64,000 nucleotides of DNA from the human T2T-CHM13v2.0 reference genome, Homo sapiens: the NCBI RefSeq assembly GCF_009914755.1, contig NC_060946.1. The stretch is one strand, 5' to 3'. The notes under the pieces were generated by a model. It was not told the origin of the DNA. It saw only the letters and a program-made list of their open reading frames with translations, and made no database searches. A program made the translations under genes and the position numbers. Below, in pieces: positions 12,222 to 25,932 of this stretch; within the stretch, counting starts at the first letter, position 1; each line of letters starts with the position of its first letter.

Positions 12222-13990
12222 TACAAATAAGATTTTTAAGGCTATTATATTTTATACAATTCTTTGGTCTATGTGAATTCTGAAGGTATTCATGCATTGA
12301 GGGAAGATTATCTCAGTTTAATGAAAGCAGTTTTTAATTTAAAGTATATTCATTAAAATTTTTTTTGAAGTTTTTTTCTCTAGTACACAGAAACACACAA
12401 TAGTATCATGGGTATTTGACCTTAATGTGTTTATGCACAAACTTAGTTATTCAAATATTTTCCTATCCCTGAAGAATCTTAATTACTAATAAACAAATTT
12501 CTCATGGAAAACAACATATATAACAGAGATGGTTGAGTGATTGAAAGTAAACTGTAGTAAATACCAGAAGCTTAGAACAAGTTAAGTAAACTTGTCTGAG
12601 TTAATAGCAATTACAAGACTTTTAAAATACATTGGACCACGGGGGAGTAGTGCATTTGTGGGGTAGAGGACAACATGGTACTGCTTCAGTGAAGAAAGAA
12701 CTTTTACACCTTATTACAATTTGTATTATTATTTACATTCTAATAAATAAAAACTTTATTTTCAGATATTTTACATCATGTTTCTACTAGTTGAACCATC
12801 AATAGTAAGACTTTTCAAAGATTTGGGAAGTTGTGAGTTGATGATAAATATCTGTATCACCATCAGTGATCAAAAATCAGACAGCAACTACCATAGATTT
12901 TGGACATGCGAACTTCATAGTTAAAGAAAGGATTAATCTTGGAGCTGTGTTTCTATCAAGGAATTACACTCTTCATTACCTGTGTGAATCGCAGTTATTA
13001 GAGTAGAAAGAGAGCAAAGAAGGGAAAGAAGCATAGAAAACTTTATTCTAGATTACCTCGTTTGGCTTCATGCTACCATAGTTCTGACTTTTAAAGAGTC
13101 ATTTTGTGGTCAAATATACTTTGTGTTCACTCCCCTTATGCAGCCTACAACCAAACAGAATGGTTCTTAGCAAGGCATTTGTATTCTTCCCTTAAGGAAA
13201 GCAACATATAAATAAGAAAGGGAATGAGAAGAAAGAGTGATTTCATTGAGGTTGGTATTTAACATAAATTTGAGTACAGGTACCATGATTATATTTAGAA
13301 TTTTGTGGCTGGATGGGAAAACCAGCTAGATGTCTATAGATTTCCTACTTAAACACAATGTGCCTTTGTTTTACTTTTACGTCTCTAATTTAGCAATTAT
13401 TAGGTACAACTGTATGCAGTGTCACTAAAAATACCTCCCAAAACCAAATATTAAATAATGTCTATGGCTTTTTGTTTTATAGTGTTGATTTTCCCAATAT
13501 TAATGGGAACCACTGAGCATTTGCCTTGTGGTGTCTCCTCAGCTGTATTCACATATTCCATCACCTTTTCTTAATGGATAATCACGCACTATGAGTAAGG
13601 GTTTTCAGAAAAGCTGTGTCATTTAAAGATAACACAGGAGCATCAAATTTAATTCTGCTAGGACGCCTGGTCTACTGATTAACTGCAGCTAATATGAGGT
13701 CTACTTCACATCCAAGTTAAATTCAGTGCCCTTAATCAGTCATATGATGAGGTCAACAGTAATAAATTATGCAATATTTTTTCACCCACCCCTATAGTTT
13801 TAATTTCTTTTTCCCCTTATGTCTGTGTTTAACATTTTGCTTTGCAAAACATGATGATAATCTTCTAGAGTAGTGAGGACAAGCTATAAATCCAAAGTTT
13901 CTTACCTATGCAAATGACTTGTTTGCTCTATTTTCTCATGAGCTTGGTAGATCCAGGGAACAGAACTTTTAAAACAAAATCCCCATATGT

Positions 13991-14492
<502 letters not shown>

Positions 14493-14759
14493 TTATTCAA
14501 TAGAAATTCATTCTTATAATGGCCACTGATACCTATATCCTAAATATTTCTGAAAACATCTCCTCAGGCCTGCATCATCTTTGCAACATTGCCTTATATT
14601 TTATCTTTGTTCATTGATTTATATGCCTCAGAATTTTATGCTCCTCACAGTATTTAGAGTGAATTATCCCTAATGCAAATAGATCCGTGAATCACTCCTG
14701 AATACCTAATGTCTAAGCATCTTAAAGGTTTATATAAGGATTTCAGAAACTGACTTCTG

Positions 14760-15056
14760 GGTTGGGCACGGTGGCTCATGTCTGTGATCCCAGCACTTTG
14801 GGAGGCTGAGGCAAGTGGATCATTTGAGATCAGGAGTTCAAGACCAGCCTGGCCAACAAGGTGAAACCCCATCTCTAATAAAATACAAAAATTAGCAGGT
14901 GGTAGTGGCACGCGCCTGTAATCTCAGCTACTCAGGAGGCTGAGGTAGGAGAATTACTTGAACCTGGGAGGCCGGGTTGCAGTGAGCTGAGATCATGCCA
15001 CTGCCCTCCAGTCTGGGAGACAGAGTATAACCTTGTCCCAAAAAAGAAAAGAAAAG
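14760..15056 (+). mobile_element. AluS with TSD
   Basis: Full Alu body; TSD gaaactga(c/t)ttctg at 14746-14759 and 15057-15070. Confidence 0.92.
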
Positions 15057-15179
15057 GAAACTGATTTCTGCCCAAATCTCCATCTGTATCCCTTTCCCCA
15101 TCTGCCTTTTTCTCTGGAATTACTGAGTTGCTGGTAATGGCCCCCTCACCATTCCTCTTCTGCAGAGAAATACATACGC

Positions 15180-15390
15180 TCTTGGAGGCTTCTCTTCCTC
15201 TCTTGTTGCTGCCTGGCATGTGCTCACCCTTTCCTGCCCTCTGCCTCGCTTAATCTGGCTAACCTCACTCTCTAAGTCTCAGCTCATGGATGATCTTTAG
15301 GAAAGCCATCCCTGACAGCTTCTATTTTCCTTCCTTATTCCCCAGTGCCTAACACTTAGCAGGAACTCAATAAGTAATTATTTAGTAAAA
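15180..15390 (+). mobile_element. L2 3' relic
   Basis: ggaaagccatccctgac ... cccagtgcctaacacttagcaggaactcaataagtaattattt resembles the L2 3' end. Confidence 0.4.
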
Positions 15391-15602
15391 TTAAGACTGC
15401 TTATACAAAGATGATTCAAAAGATTATCCTCTACAGTCTAGCAGCAAAGGGGTCAACATGTAAAGACATGATGTGCAGGTCAGGTGGTAAAGTGACACTA
15501 GAAAAATTGACAAGGTACTAAGGGACCCCAACGAAGCAGACACCTGTGTGTGTGGAGAAAGATACCTAGAATCAAGGAAGATTTCACATAGCATTCTGAG
15601 CC

Positions 15603-15896
15603 TTTTTTTTTTCCTCTTTTTGGAGACAAGTTTTTACTCTATCACCCAGGATTGGAGTGCAATGGCATGATTGAGACTCACTGAAACCTCAGACTCCTGG
15701 GCTCGAGGGATCTTCTCATCTAAGCTTCTTGAGTAGCGGGGACAACAGGAACATATCACCATACCTGTCTAATTTTTTGTAGAGTCAAGGTTACCTATGG
15801 TTCCCAGGCTGGTCTTAAACTCTTGGCCTTGAGCGATTCTCCCATTTTGGCCTTCCAAAGTGCTGGGATTACAGATGTGAGCTATTATGCCCAGCC
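15603..15896 (-). mobile_element. Alu (AluJ-like)
   Basis: T tail; cccaggattggagtgcaatggcatg...ccttccaaagtgctgggattacagatgtgagc. Confidence 0.88.
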
Positions 15897-16413
15897 TACT
15901 TTCTGAGTCTTAAAAGATGAAAATAAATTTTTCAGAATAGCAGGGGAAAACATTTGTGATGTAAAAAATGGGGTGCACACTAATTGAGGTATAAACAACA
16001 ATAATTTTGCAAATTATTAGTAACTGCCAACTCAATTAGTGTCTTGTTAAAAAGATACTGTTATGAAGTATAATAAAGCATTACGTTGTATATTTTGACT
16101 GTATTTCAAATTTCTGTTTTGTTTCCAACAGTTTTGTTGACTTATGTTGGGTGGAACAATTTGTGAGTGACCCTGAGATTTTACATGGCTTGAATCTGGT
16201 GATATCTGGTGTCTCCCCAAGTGGTTTGTTGAAGTTTTGGATAATTAGAAGTATTTCTTACAGAAGTAAATATTTCAGTAAACATTGTTTCATTCAAACT
16301 CTCAAAATATAAAATACAAAGAAATGTTATTCTCTATTTATTTTTATAAAGATTATAGTCCTTATCTAACTCTTCTTAGTTCATTTGAACTAAATCAATG
16401 ACTTTGTCAACAG

Positions 16414-16484
16414 AACAAACCTTACCAGTGGCTTTAGAGGAAGAACAAGAAAGGTGTGAAAGAAGTGAAAAGAAGCAATCACAG
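16414..16484 (+). pseudogene. ANKRD20A-like exon (71 bp)
   Basis: caacag|AACAAACC...CAATCACAG|gtatat; QTLPVALEEEQERCERSEKKQSQ. Confidence 0.88.
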
Positions 16485-17749
16485 GTATATGAAAATTTAA
16501 GTTCTTGTTTAATATTAGGGGTTTTTTTTTGCTTTACTAACAAAGCATAGTCCAAATGACATGACCTTTCAGACTATACCTTTAGAATCCAATAGATCAT
16601 AATTTTATATTTAATTTTTAAAACATCTTAACCAGTTATGAAACTTAAGATATTCTTACTATCTCTAGTAACTATTAGTTATTCTAGTAATTCTTAGTAT
16701 CTCTAGTAATTCATAGCTGTATTTACCCTTAGAATTGAGGCAAGAAATTTTCAGAATTACCTTGCTGTTTTATTTATATAACCTTACTCATAATACACAA
16801 GGTAACATGAAGTATTGGGTCATATTACTGAGGAATAGAAATTATGAACAGTTTAACAACAATGGCCACTGAGTTAAACTAGTGTTAAAGGAGTCATCAT
16901 TGCCAGTGCTTCAAATGTTGCAGTTTTATATTGCTGGTCACCAGTGCCGAGGTTAAAGATTTATTCTGTTTTGTGGTCACCAGTTGACTTCTGTGTCTGT
17001 GTTCAGGGAGTGAATGGGGTCATAAAAGTCAATGCAGTTGCCTATTAAGAGAATCCTACCTTGCAGAATGGGACCTTTGGTGTCAGGGTGTGAACAATAA
17101 CTTTATTTCAACATAAATACATAGTAAACATTACTGAAATTTAAAAAATCCAAACCCTATCACTACTGGAACTTAAAATATATTAGAAGTGGATATAAGC
17201 AGAAATTCTATCTAGATACATAACACTATCATAGTATATCATTTGAATTAGAATTTAAAATTTTACTTCTCTTTCTTATTGGTGTTCAGTTTAGCTCTTA
17301 ATAATTTAGTGTTTGCCTAGTGCTCTAGTTAATCTTCAGAAATAAACATGCACTGTAGGGGCTCACTCTTTCTGGTATGCTGAGGTAAAGTCTTTGTAAG
17401 AGAGGAAGCTTTTATAATACTACCTATCATCTTTGAATTCATTTCTGGTAGATTTTACACAAATGCATTAAGTTTAGTCCAAACAGACAGTGAGAGTTCA
17501 GCTTGCTGGTTCATGTTTCTGTCCTATGTTAAGCCAAAGCAAATTATTTTTCACTTTTTAGTTACAATCCCATAATTTAAGAGTAGCAACACATAGATTA
17601 AGTTTCACAGTTAAATTTTAATTATTTTCTAATATTTCTTTGTTTATACTTGATTAAAGCTAATTTTAAAACATGCACTCTGACAGAAAAGACATCTGAG
17701 AAACAAAACAAGCAAATTTGTTTTCCATTTTGCACCTGCCCCCCACCAA

Positions 17750-18783
17750 AAAAAGTCTCAAGAACCAGAACTGGGTAAGAACAGTGATAAAGGGAATCAA
17801 TCTATATATTCATGACTTTCTTTAAAATTCATTACAAACAAGTTCAAGCTGAATATTGGTAAAAGTTCTGAAAACTCCAAAATTACTACTTGCCCTGAGG
17901 AAGAGCTCCTACATGGTAACTCTAAAGAGGGATGAACAAAAAAGGAGTGCCCTCTAGTCTGATGAATCATGTCCCTGATTGTGAGGAGAAAAATGTATCT
18001 GGAGGGTCTAGCTCTGTGGCAGTCCAGGCAGCGCCTGAACAGAGGAAGCCCATGTCAAATGTCTTTTTATTCCATTCACACTCCAGGTCCCTGAAATACA
18101 CTTACCAGTCATCTTCTAAGCTTCATTTAATTTAAAATAAATCAGACTATAAAAATGATAACAAACCAGACACACAGCTTGTTTCTAACACAGATGATGG
18201 AAATTTTTGTTATGATATAGAAACTGAAAAAGTAAGGAACCCAGTAATTATGATTGAAATGAAAGATGATTAAGAGTTTGACATGCAAATGGAAAAATAT
18301 ATAAACCCAAATACCACTAATTGGAAATTAGGCATTGGTCTCAGTCTAGAGATCCAGAAAGCCTTTTTGATTTGTGGTTTACCCACCCCAAAGAAATGAA
18401 GCATATGATTCAGATAGAAAGTCACAGTATTTCTGCTGCTACAGATACTTATAAAAACAGAAAACCAACACAGTGCTTATTCCAGAAGCCGCTGTATTAC
18501 AATCCCAGTGTTAATAACTACAAAACCATGAATCTTGAACTATAAAATGCGGGTTATTCTTTGCCACATAGTGAGAGAACATCAAAAATATAGCTAGAAG
18601 ACTTACAGCAAGATATTTCAAGGTCACCAAGATATCACATATATACATATGTAACAAACCTGCACATTGTGCACATGTACCAGAACTTAAAGTATAATAA
18701 TAGTAAAAAGAATGAGGTAGGCATGTTACAAGTAGAGCTCCTGGCTTTGGAGAAACAGAAAGTCCAACTTCAAAAAGACAGAG
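17750..18783 (+). pseudogene. Decayed CCDC144A-like large exon inside an ANKRD20A intron
   Basis: Piecewise translation KSQEPELGKNSDK..TCPEEELLHGNS..VPDCEEKNVS..QSSSKLHLI*NKSDYKNDNKP..KVRNPVIMIEMKDD*EFDMQM..NNYKTMNLEL..LQQD..KNEVGMLQVELLALEKQKVQLQKD parallels CCDC144A as recalled. Confidence 0.75.
18625..18709 (+). mobile_element. Very short L1PA 3'-end insertion
   Basis: catatatacatatgtaacaaacctgcacattgtgcacatgtaccagaacttaaagtataataa is the L1PA terminal sequence. Confidence 0.88.
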
Positions 18784-20503
18784 GTTCACTTGCTGCTTCT
18801 TTTTTCTCTTTATCAATTATTTGATTTAGTCAAATTTTCTATTCAAGAAAATCTCATGTGTACAGTTACAGCGGGGTTTTCTAAATGTGTAATTATGTGT
18901 CAAAGTAGATTAGTCCTGCTATCTAAACAATGGTTCTGGAGAATGTTCTCATAATGTTTCTTCATTAATCAACCTAAGTCTCACTCTCAGTCTTCCAAGT
19001 GGCATATGAGCTGGGAAACTAATTCAGCCATATACCACGTGACCTTCTGAATGAGATCAACATAAATAAATTGCTAAAGAAATAAGCTTTAGATTCTAGA
19101 TTCTTTTTTCTGTATTCATTTAGAGATGAATTACATTTATTTAATGATAGAATGGGAATACAATGGGAGGGAAGCAATGACTGAGACGAGCCACAAAAAC
19201 ACGTCTAGCCTTGAGAGTTGCAATGAATATTCCCAGCCAAATGAGTCTGTTTAATGTATTTTCATGCATGCAAGTTCATCTGCTTAGCTCAAACTGTTTG
19301 AACTTATAGTTCCATCATGGTTATTTCCAATATTTTGAAAACAAATATATACTTCCACATATTTTAAAAAATCACCACTCCAATATTTCTGTTGAATCAG
19401 TCCTTACATTATGTTGTTTAATAAAGTATCATAAGTTTTGGCATGTGTGATTTTTATCATGTAAGAAGCATAATTTCTTAGATAAAAATTTATCCTTTGA
19501 TTCTTTAGTAGAAAGTTGAGTTCTGTACATTGTGTCCTAAAGATAGACAAAATCTAGAGATTTTCTTCTTCAAAGTAAAAGCAGATGAGGCGTTAAATTG
19601 CTTTGCTCAACTTAGACTTTTAATATATCTGACTAATTTGATAAATTTATTTGGTAATTTATGTAATTCAGCAATATGGAATTGTATCATGTTATTTGGT
19701 GCCATGAAATGCTAGAGAATGCCACCTCAAGAGCTCTCGATGAAACATTTCATATGTCTTTGTTAGTTTGACTCCCATTTTCAGTAGATAATGGGGCTAA
19801 AGTAGATAACTGTACCGTATGTTTTCCACCTATAAACTTTTCTGATAATTGAATGTGAAATCTGGGAAGCATGTCGTTTTCCAGAATTCTGCACTGGAAA
19901 CTCAGCAGTTTCACTCTGCTTCTTGTGTTGTGGCAAACTTTGGTTCCCATAGTTCAGGGAGAACTTTCACTTTTTTGATATCCCAGAATTAAAAAAAAAA
20001 AGAGATAAAAGGCAATGGGGAAAAGAATAGCTCAGTGTAGAAAAGGGAAAACTTCTTTACTGTTCCTGAAGCCCTACAAGGTCACATCCTCTTAATCTGG
20101 CTATTTCATGTAAAATCCAGGTGGCAATGACAGAAGATATATGTTATGCCTGTGTCTTTTTATTTCTCTGTTTCTGCCAGTCAGATAACATAAATATTTA
20201 TATCAGATAGCAAAGAGTGGATGGGAATAAAAGCACAAAATGGAGAAGAGTCCTTTTTGAAATTTTGGAAAATTCTTCTATTCACTCAAACAGAAATGAG
20301 CAGACTTGACAAAAATTTCAATGATAAAATGATGAGTATCTTATAATTATAATAATTATGTATAATGATAAAATTAAAGTAAGCACAAAATATTTTTATC
20401 ATTAAAACGGTGATAGTTAACCTGAATCAAGTGAAAAAATCAGGGAAAAACTTCTTTTTATTGAATAAAATAATAATTATTATTCATATTACTTTTGTTA
20501 AAG

Positions 20504-20667
20504 GTCAAAGAAGGAAATAATACAAACAAAAGTGAAAAAATACAACTATCAGAAAATGTATGTCATAGTACATCTGCTGCTGCTGCTGACAGATTAACCC
20601 AACAAAGAAATATTGGGAAAACCTATCCTCAGCCTTTTACCAAGAAGCTGAAGGAAGAGCATCATAG
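20504..20667 (+). pseudogene. ANKRD20A-like exon (164 bp)
   Basis: ttaaag|GTCAAAGAAGG...CATCATAG|gtaagt; VKEGNNTNKSEKIQLSENVCHSTSAAAADRLTQQRNIGKTYPQPFTKKLKEEHHR. Confidence 0.9.
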
Positions 20668-20689
20668 GTAAGTAAGCCTATAGCAGTGT

Positions 20690-21052
<363 letters not shown>

Positions 21053-21199
21053 TAAACTAATTCAAAATTGGACTAATATTCCTTATGATTAACAAGTTTT
21101 ATATTTTTACCAGAGATATTTAGCCCTGCCTGGTAATCAGAAAAGTGCAAATTAACATAAAATAAGATATATTTTGTAAAGTCACGCTGGTATTGAAAA

Positions 21200-21400
21200 A
21201 GTAATTACTACCATTGGCAAATGTGAGGAAAAAGGCATTCTCATACACTGTTGGTATATGAAATTGGTAAATTATTTCTGAAGGGTAACTTAGTGCTGTG
21301 TATCAAAATTTCAAATAACCTGACATCCCTTTAACTCAACAACTCCACTTCTGGGACTAGATTTCACAGGAAAACATAACTTGTGTAAACATACACTTAT
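21200..21400 (+). mobile_element. Ancient L1M fragment
   Basis: ggcaaatgtgaggaaaaaggcattctcatacactgttggt...ccctttaactcaacaactccacttctggga. Confidence 0.5.
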
Positions 21401-22053
21401 TAAGGGCATTAATTATATATTACACATAATGAACAATAGCTTAATAAATACATAAAATATATGTAATAAGAAGGTGAATTGGAAGTATTAAGAAAGAATT
21501 ATAAAAAGTGTGGGGTAACAGATGTTAGACCCTTTAGCCTAGTTTTAGTTGACAATCATCTGCAGATATAGTTTGTGTGAGAGCCATCTTACTCTGTAAA
21601 TCATTTGGAGAGACACCTGCAATATTTCATAAAGATGAAAATTTATTTCTAGTGAACTTATACGCTTGTCAATAAATAGTAACTTTAAAAATTTAGTTGA
21701 TTGTAAATGACCTTTTCTAATCGGGGAGTAATTATGACTGTGTGATTTGAAAAGGTAATTTTGAAATTCTAACTATACTGAATTATCTCCAGTATCCTTT
21801 TTTATAATATATGCTAGAGTGACTAGTAACAAAAACTTCAGCAGAATATTCTTTCCTTACTACTTTTCAAGTATATGCATTCTTTTGAAGATGTTGAAGT
21901 GAGAGATTAAATATCTGAGAACTAAAAAGGAAAAATAATTCAGAACACAGAAATTTTATTAGGATGATAAAGAGCATCTGCAGAGGTAGATCACAGGATG
22001 AACTCTTTATTTTTTAACAAAATGAGTTTTAAGATAAATGTCTTTATCTGCAG

Positions 22054-22229
22054 ATGCATCTTAAGATAAGAAAATAAAGAAAAAACAAATGTTAATATGC
22101 TGTACAAAAAAATAGAGAAGAATTAGGAAAGAGAAACAACATAAGAAAGAAGTTGAAGCAAAGCAACTTGAACCAACTGTTCAATCACTAGAGATGAAAA
22201 CAAAGACTGCAAGAAATACTCCAAATCAG
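22054..22229 (+). pseudogene. ANKRD20A-like exon, disabled
   Basis: ctgcag|ATGCATCTTAAGATAA with an in-frame TAA at 22067-22069; small deletions; KKEVEAKQLEPTVQSLEMKTKTARNTPNQ followed by ataaat in place of a GT donor. Confidence 0.87.
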
Positions 22230-23162
22230 ATAAATCAATCTTTGGTAAAAATTCTATATTTTAAACTATTTTATGAAAGTTTCTTCTAATATTCTCTTGA
22301 TTTAATATATAATATTTAGGTCTAAAACAAACCAGAAATGTTATCTCATTTTTAAAAAATGAATGATGCCACTTACAGGTACAATTATTAATATTTATTA
22401 TAAATCTTGGCATCCACATAAGATATTATTTTATAACAAAGAGCTTTTGAAAACAATAATATGCCATAGTATATACTTAGTGATAACCTATTGATAAAGA
22501 TTCTGTTCCCAGTAAAATTGTTCCTTGTACTTTCCCCTATTTCATATTGATTACTGTACCTAATATTATAAAGAGGAAACAAATTATTGCAATCACAAAT
22601 AATCTCATGATATTCTAAGAAGAGCTCTATAAATTTTATCTTATTTACCATTGGTGTTTTGAAATAAAAGTTTTCTTCCCTATGGATATATTTACACCAC
22701 AGAAGTAACTGTGATATGTCAGAGAACTAGAAGTAGAGTCAGAAGTCCTGGGGAAAATCCTGTAGCTTGCTTATATTTTTAACATTTCTTTTTCAAAATT
22801 GTGATAACTAGATGAGTTCATCAATGAATGTATATAGGAGTGACTAGTATAATGTCTAGATTTATGATTTAGTAAATGTAATTCTTACGACTGAATATAA
22901 AAGTGTTAAAAGAGTCAAATTGAAATAGAATGTTATCAGCGAAACAGAACTGTAATAACTCTGGGAAATTTTATCTGTCCAAATACGTGTGAACCAAGGT
23001 TCTTACTATAGGGTGGTGTATGGGTTAGATATCAAAGTGTAAATGCAATTTTTTGATATATTTTAATTTAGTCAAATTTGTTAATGCTTTAATTTATGCT
23101 TTTCAGTTTGTTGTAATTCAAGGAAAGGCTTTTCCAATTCTGAAATTCTCAAAAATTCTCTG

Positions 23163-23166
<4 letters not shown>

Positions 23167-23207
<41 letters not shown>
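23167..23207. repeat. (GT)n microsatellite, about 20 units
   Basis: Directly visible. Confidence 0.97.
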
Positions 23208-23210
<3 letters not shown>

Positions 23211-23423
23211 ACTTTTATAAATTCATTGACTTTAAATAAATTTCTGAACTTTTTGGAATTTATGCTCTATAAGGTTCAAAGTGTTGCTTCAACTTTGTCT
23301 CCAGTTGGATATCCACTTACAGTAACCTTTTTAGTGTATGGATGTGCAGGTTATTCTTTAACTTCAGAGGTAATCACGATATTTTATTGAGTACTAGCTA
23401 AAACTTTCTTTAGTTTTATTTAG

Positions 23424-24394
23424 GATTTTCATAATCATGAAGAAATGAAAGATCTGATGGATTAAAATTGCATTTTGAATACAGATATTGCTATATTCAG
23501 ACAGGAAATGTGCACAATGAAAAATGACAACCTGGAAAAAGAAAATAAATAACTTAAGGAAGTTAAAATTGTTAAAGAAACAAATGCTGTCCTTGAAAAG
23601 TATATAAAACTCAATGAGGAATTGATAACAATAACAGCATTCCGGTATCAACAAGAGCTTAATGATCTCAAAGCTGAGAATACAAGGCTCAGTTCCGGAC
23701 TGTTGAAGGAAGAAGAAAGCAACAAAAGACTGGAAGCTGAAACTGAATCTTATCAGTCTAGACTGGCTGCTTCTATAAGTAAACACAGTGAAAGTGTGAA
23801 AACAGAAAGAAACCTAAAACTTGCTTTAGAGAGAACTCAAGATGTTTCCGTACAAGTAAAAATGAGTTCTGATATTTCCGAAGTAGAAGATAAGAATGAG
23901 TTTCTTACTGAACAACTTTCTAAACCACAAATTAAATTCAATACCTTAAAAGATAAGTTCCGTAAGACAAGAGATACTCTCAGAAAAAAGTCATTGGCTT
24001 TAGAAACTGTACATAACAACCTAAGCCAAACACAGCAGCAAATAAAGGAAATGAAAGAGATGTATGAAAATGCAGAAGCTAAAGAGAATAATTCCACTGG
24101 AAAGTGGAGCTGTGTAGAAGAGAGAATATGTCAACTCCAACATGAAAATCCGTGCATTGAACAGCAACTAGATGATGTTCATCAGAAAGAGTATCATAAA
24201 GAGATAATAACTAATATCCAAAGAAGCTTTATTGAGAGTGGAAAGACCTCATGTTAGAAGAGAAAAATAAGAAGGTAATGAATGAATGTGATCATTTAAA
24301 AGAAAGTCTCTTTCAATATGAGAGAGAGAAAGCAGAAAGAGTAGTAAGTATCAAGGAAGATAAATATTTTCAAACTTCTAGAAAGAAAATTTAA
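23424..24394 (+). pseudogene. ANKRD20A large coiled-coil exon, disabled
   Basis: tttag|GATTTTCATAATC; stop TAA at 23463-23465 and another near 23550; ORF 23622-24257 is the intact middle; frameshift near 24245; ends VSIKEDKYFQTSRKKI* at 24394. Confidence 0.92.
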
Positions 24395-24454
24395 ACATTT
24401 GGTTCTGGATACATGTTGAACTTAGTTGAATATAAAAATCAATAGATAAAAAGT

Positions 24455-24740
24455 GTGTTTACCATACTGTATAATTCCATGTACGTGAAGCATCCAGAAA
24501 AGATAAACGTATAGGGACAAAAAGTAGATTAATATTTGCAAAGGGCTGGGACTAGAAGCTGGTAGTGACTGCTAATGGGCATGAGGGATCTTGCAGTGAT
24601 GGAAATGCTGTAAAGTTGGATTGTAGAGATGGCTGCACAACTCAGTAAATGGACTAAAAATATTTTAACTTTAAGTTAAAACAGATACATTCTATAGTAT
24701 GTAAATTATATTTCAACAAAGCTGTTTTAATAAAAAAAGG
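24455..24740 (+). mobile_element. Old L1M 3'UTR fragment
   Basis: catactgtataattccat...aaaagtagatta...gtgactgctaatgggcatgagg...gtgatggaaatg...gatggctgcacaactcagtaaat...gtatgtaaattatatttcaacaaagctgtt. Confidence 0.7.
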
Positions 24741-25782
24741 AAAAATGTGTTTACTATATCAGCTTAGAAACATGCCTCATTTCTAGGAAATAAAAGGTAG
24801 AGATGAGAGATGATTTACTTTGAGAAAAGACATTGTGTCACCTATGAAATTTTATTAGGCACAGAGTCATATTTTAAGATAGATAGTTCTGTACTGCTGA
24901 AATAATTTTAATGACTTTATGTTGCCACATGTTAAGACCATAATGTAGGTATAAATGGAAATGTTTACACCTGAAATGAGTATTTTCAAATTAAAATTTA
25001 ATTAAGTGATTTCCTTCGACACTTAATTCTAGACTTCCCAGATGAACTGAAGTGTATTGCTGTGTCTTGTAATACCTTGCTTTAAGTAGCTTTTTATGTG
25101 TTTTTTTTTTTTTTGGTATATCTTTGTTATTATTCATATTAATTTTAAAAATCTGAAAATACTTCAAATTACATATTTTTATGACTACGTAATGTTGTAA
25201 AGGCACCTACATGTCATAAAATCATAATTTAGAATGAATGTAATAATTAGCAAAACTATGTTTGATTTAGTTTTGCCACTGGTATTTATAGTTTACTTTG
25301 ACTATTTATATTAATAATTAGCTCATAATTTTTATTTCAAGGCTCAATGACTATCATTGGAATATAATTTTGTTCAGTACAAAGATACTTGTAGCTGCCT
25401 GTGATTTATGAGTAAGGCATTAGATCCCCATTTTCAGACTGAGGGGTGGCAGGCTTCACGTACAGTGGGAATGGAGTAATTACAGGCAGGAGTTGTAGGA
25501 GCTTTGAAGTCAGAGAGGGAGGTAGAGGACTGTTTACCTAGGGCCTCAAAGGCCATTGGAATTTCACTTTTATCCTGAGATAGGAATCTGTTGGAAGGAT
25601 TTGAAAAGGTGATTGAATATGTTAGGAACTTTGAGGTTGAGTTGAGCTTCTAAGATGATTGAATGGTGGGATGAACCTGTTGTGTAAGTAAGAGAATACC
25701 AATTTGGCACGGAGTTAAATATTATTAACATAATTTAATAATAAGGCAATTTATAAAATCAGTAACAAAAATATTTTCTCAG

Positions 25783-25932
25783 GTGGTTGTGAGACAACTT
25801 CAACAAGAAGCGGCTGACAGCCTAAAAAAATTAACTACGTTAGAGTCTCCACTGGAAGGTATGTCACATTATCACATTAATTTGGATGAGACACAGTTCC
25901 CAAAGAAGAAATTATTTCAAGTGAAAAGTCAA
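25783..25932 (+). pseudogene. ANKRD26/ANKRD18-type exon (150 bp) downstream of the ANKRD20A stop
   Basis: ttctcag|GTGGTTGTG...AGTCAA|gtgtgt; VVVRQLQQEAADSLKKLTTLESPLEGMSHYHINLDETQFPKKKLFQVKSQ with an open frame. Confidence 0.82.

Noticed and set aside
23622-24257. 211-aa coiled-coil ORF as a functional gene
   Set aside because: It is the middle of a pseudo-exon with a non-ATG start, upstream stops and a downstream frameshift.
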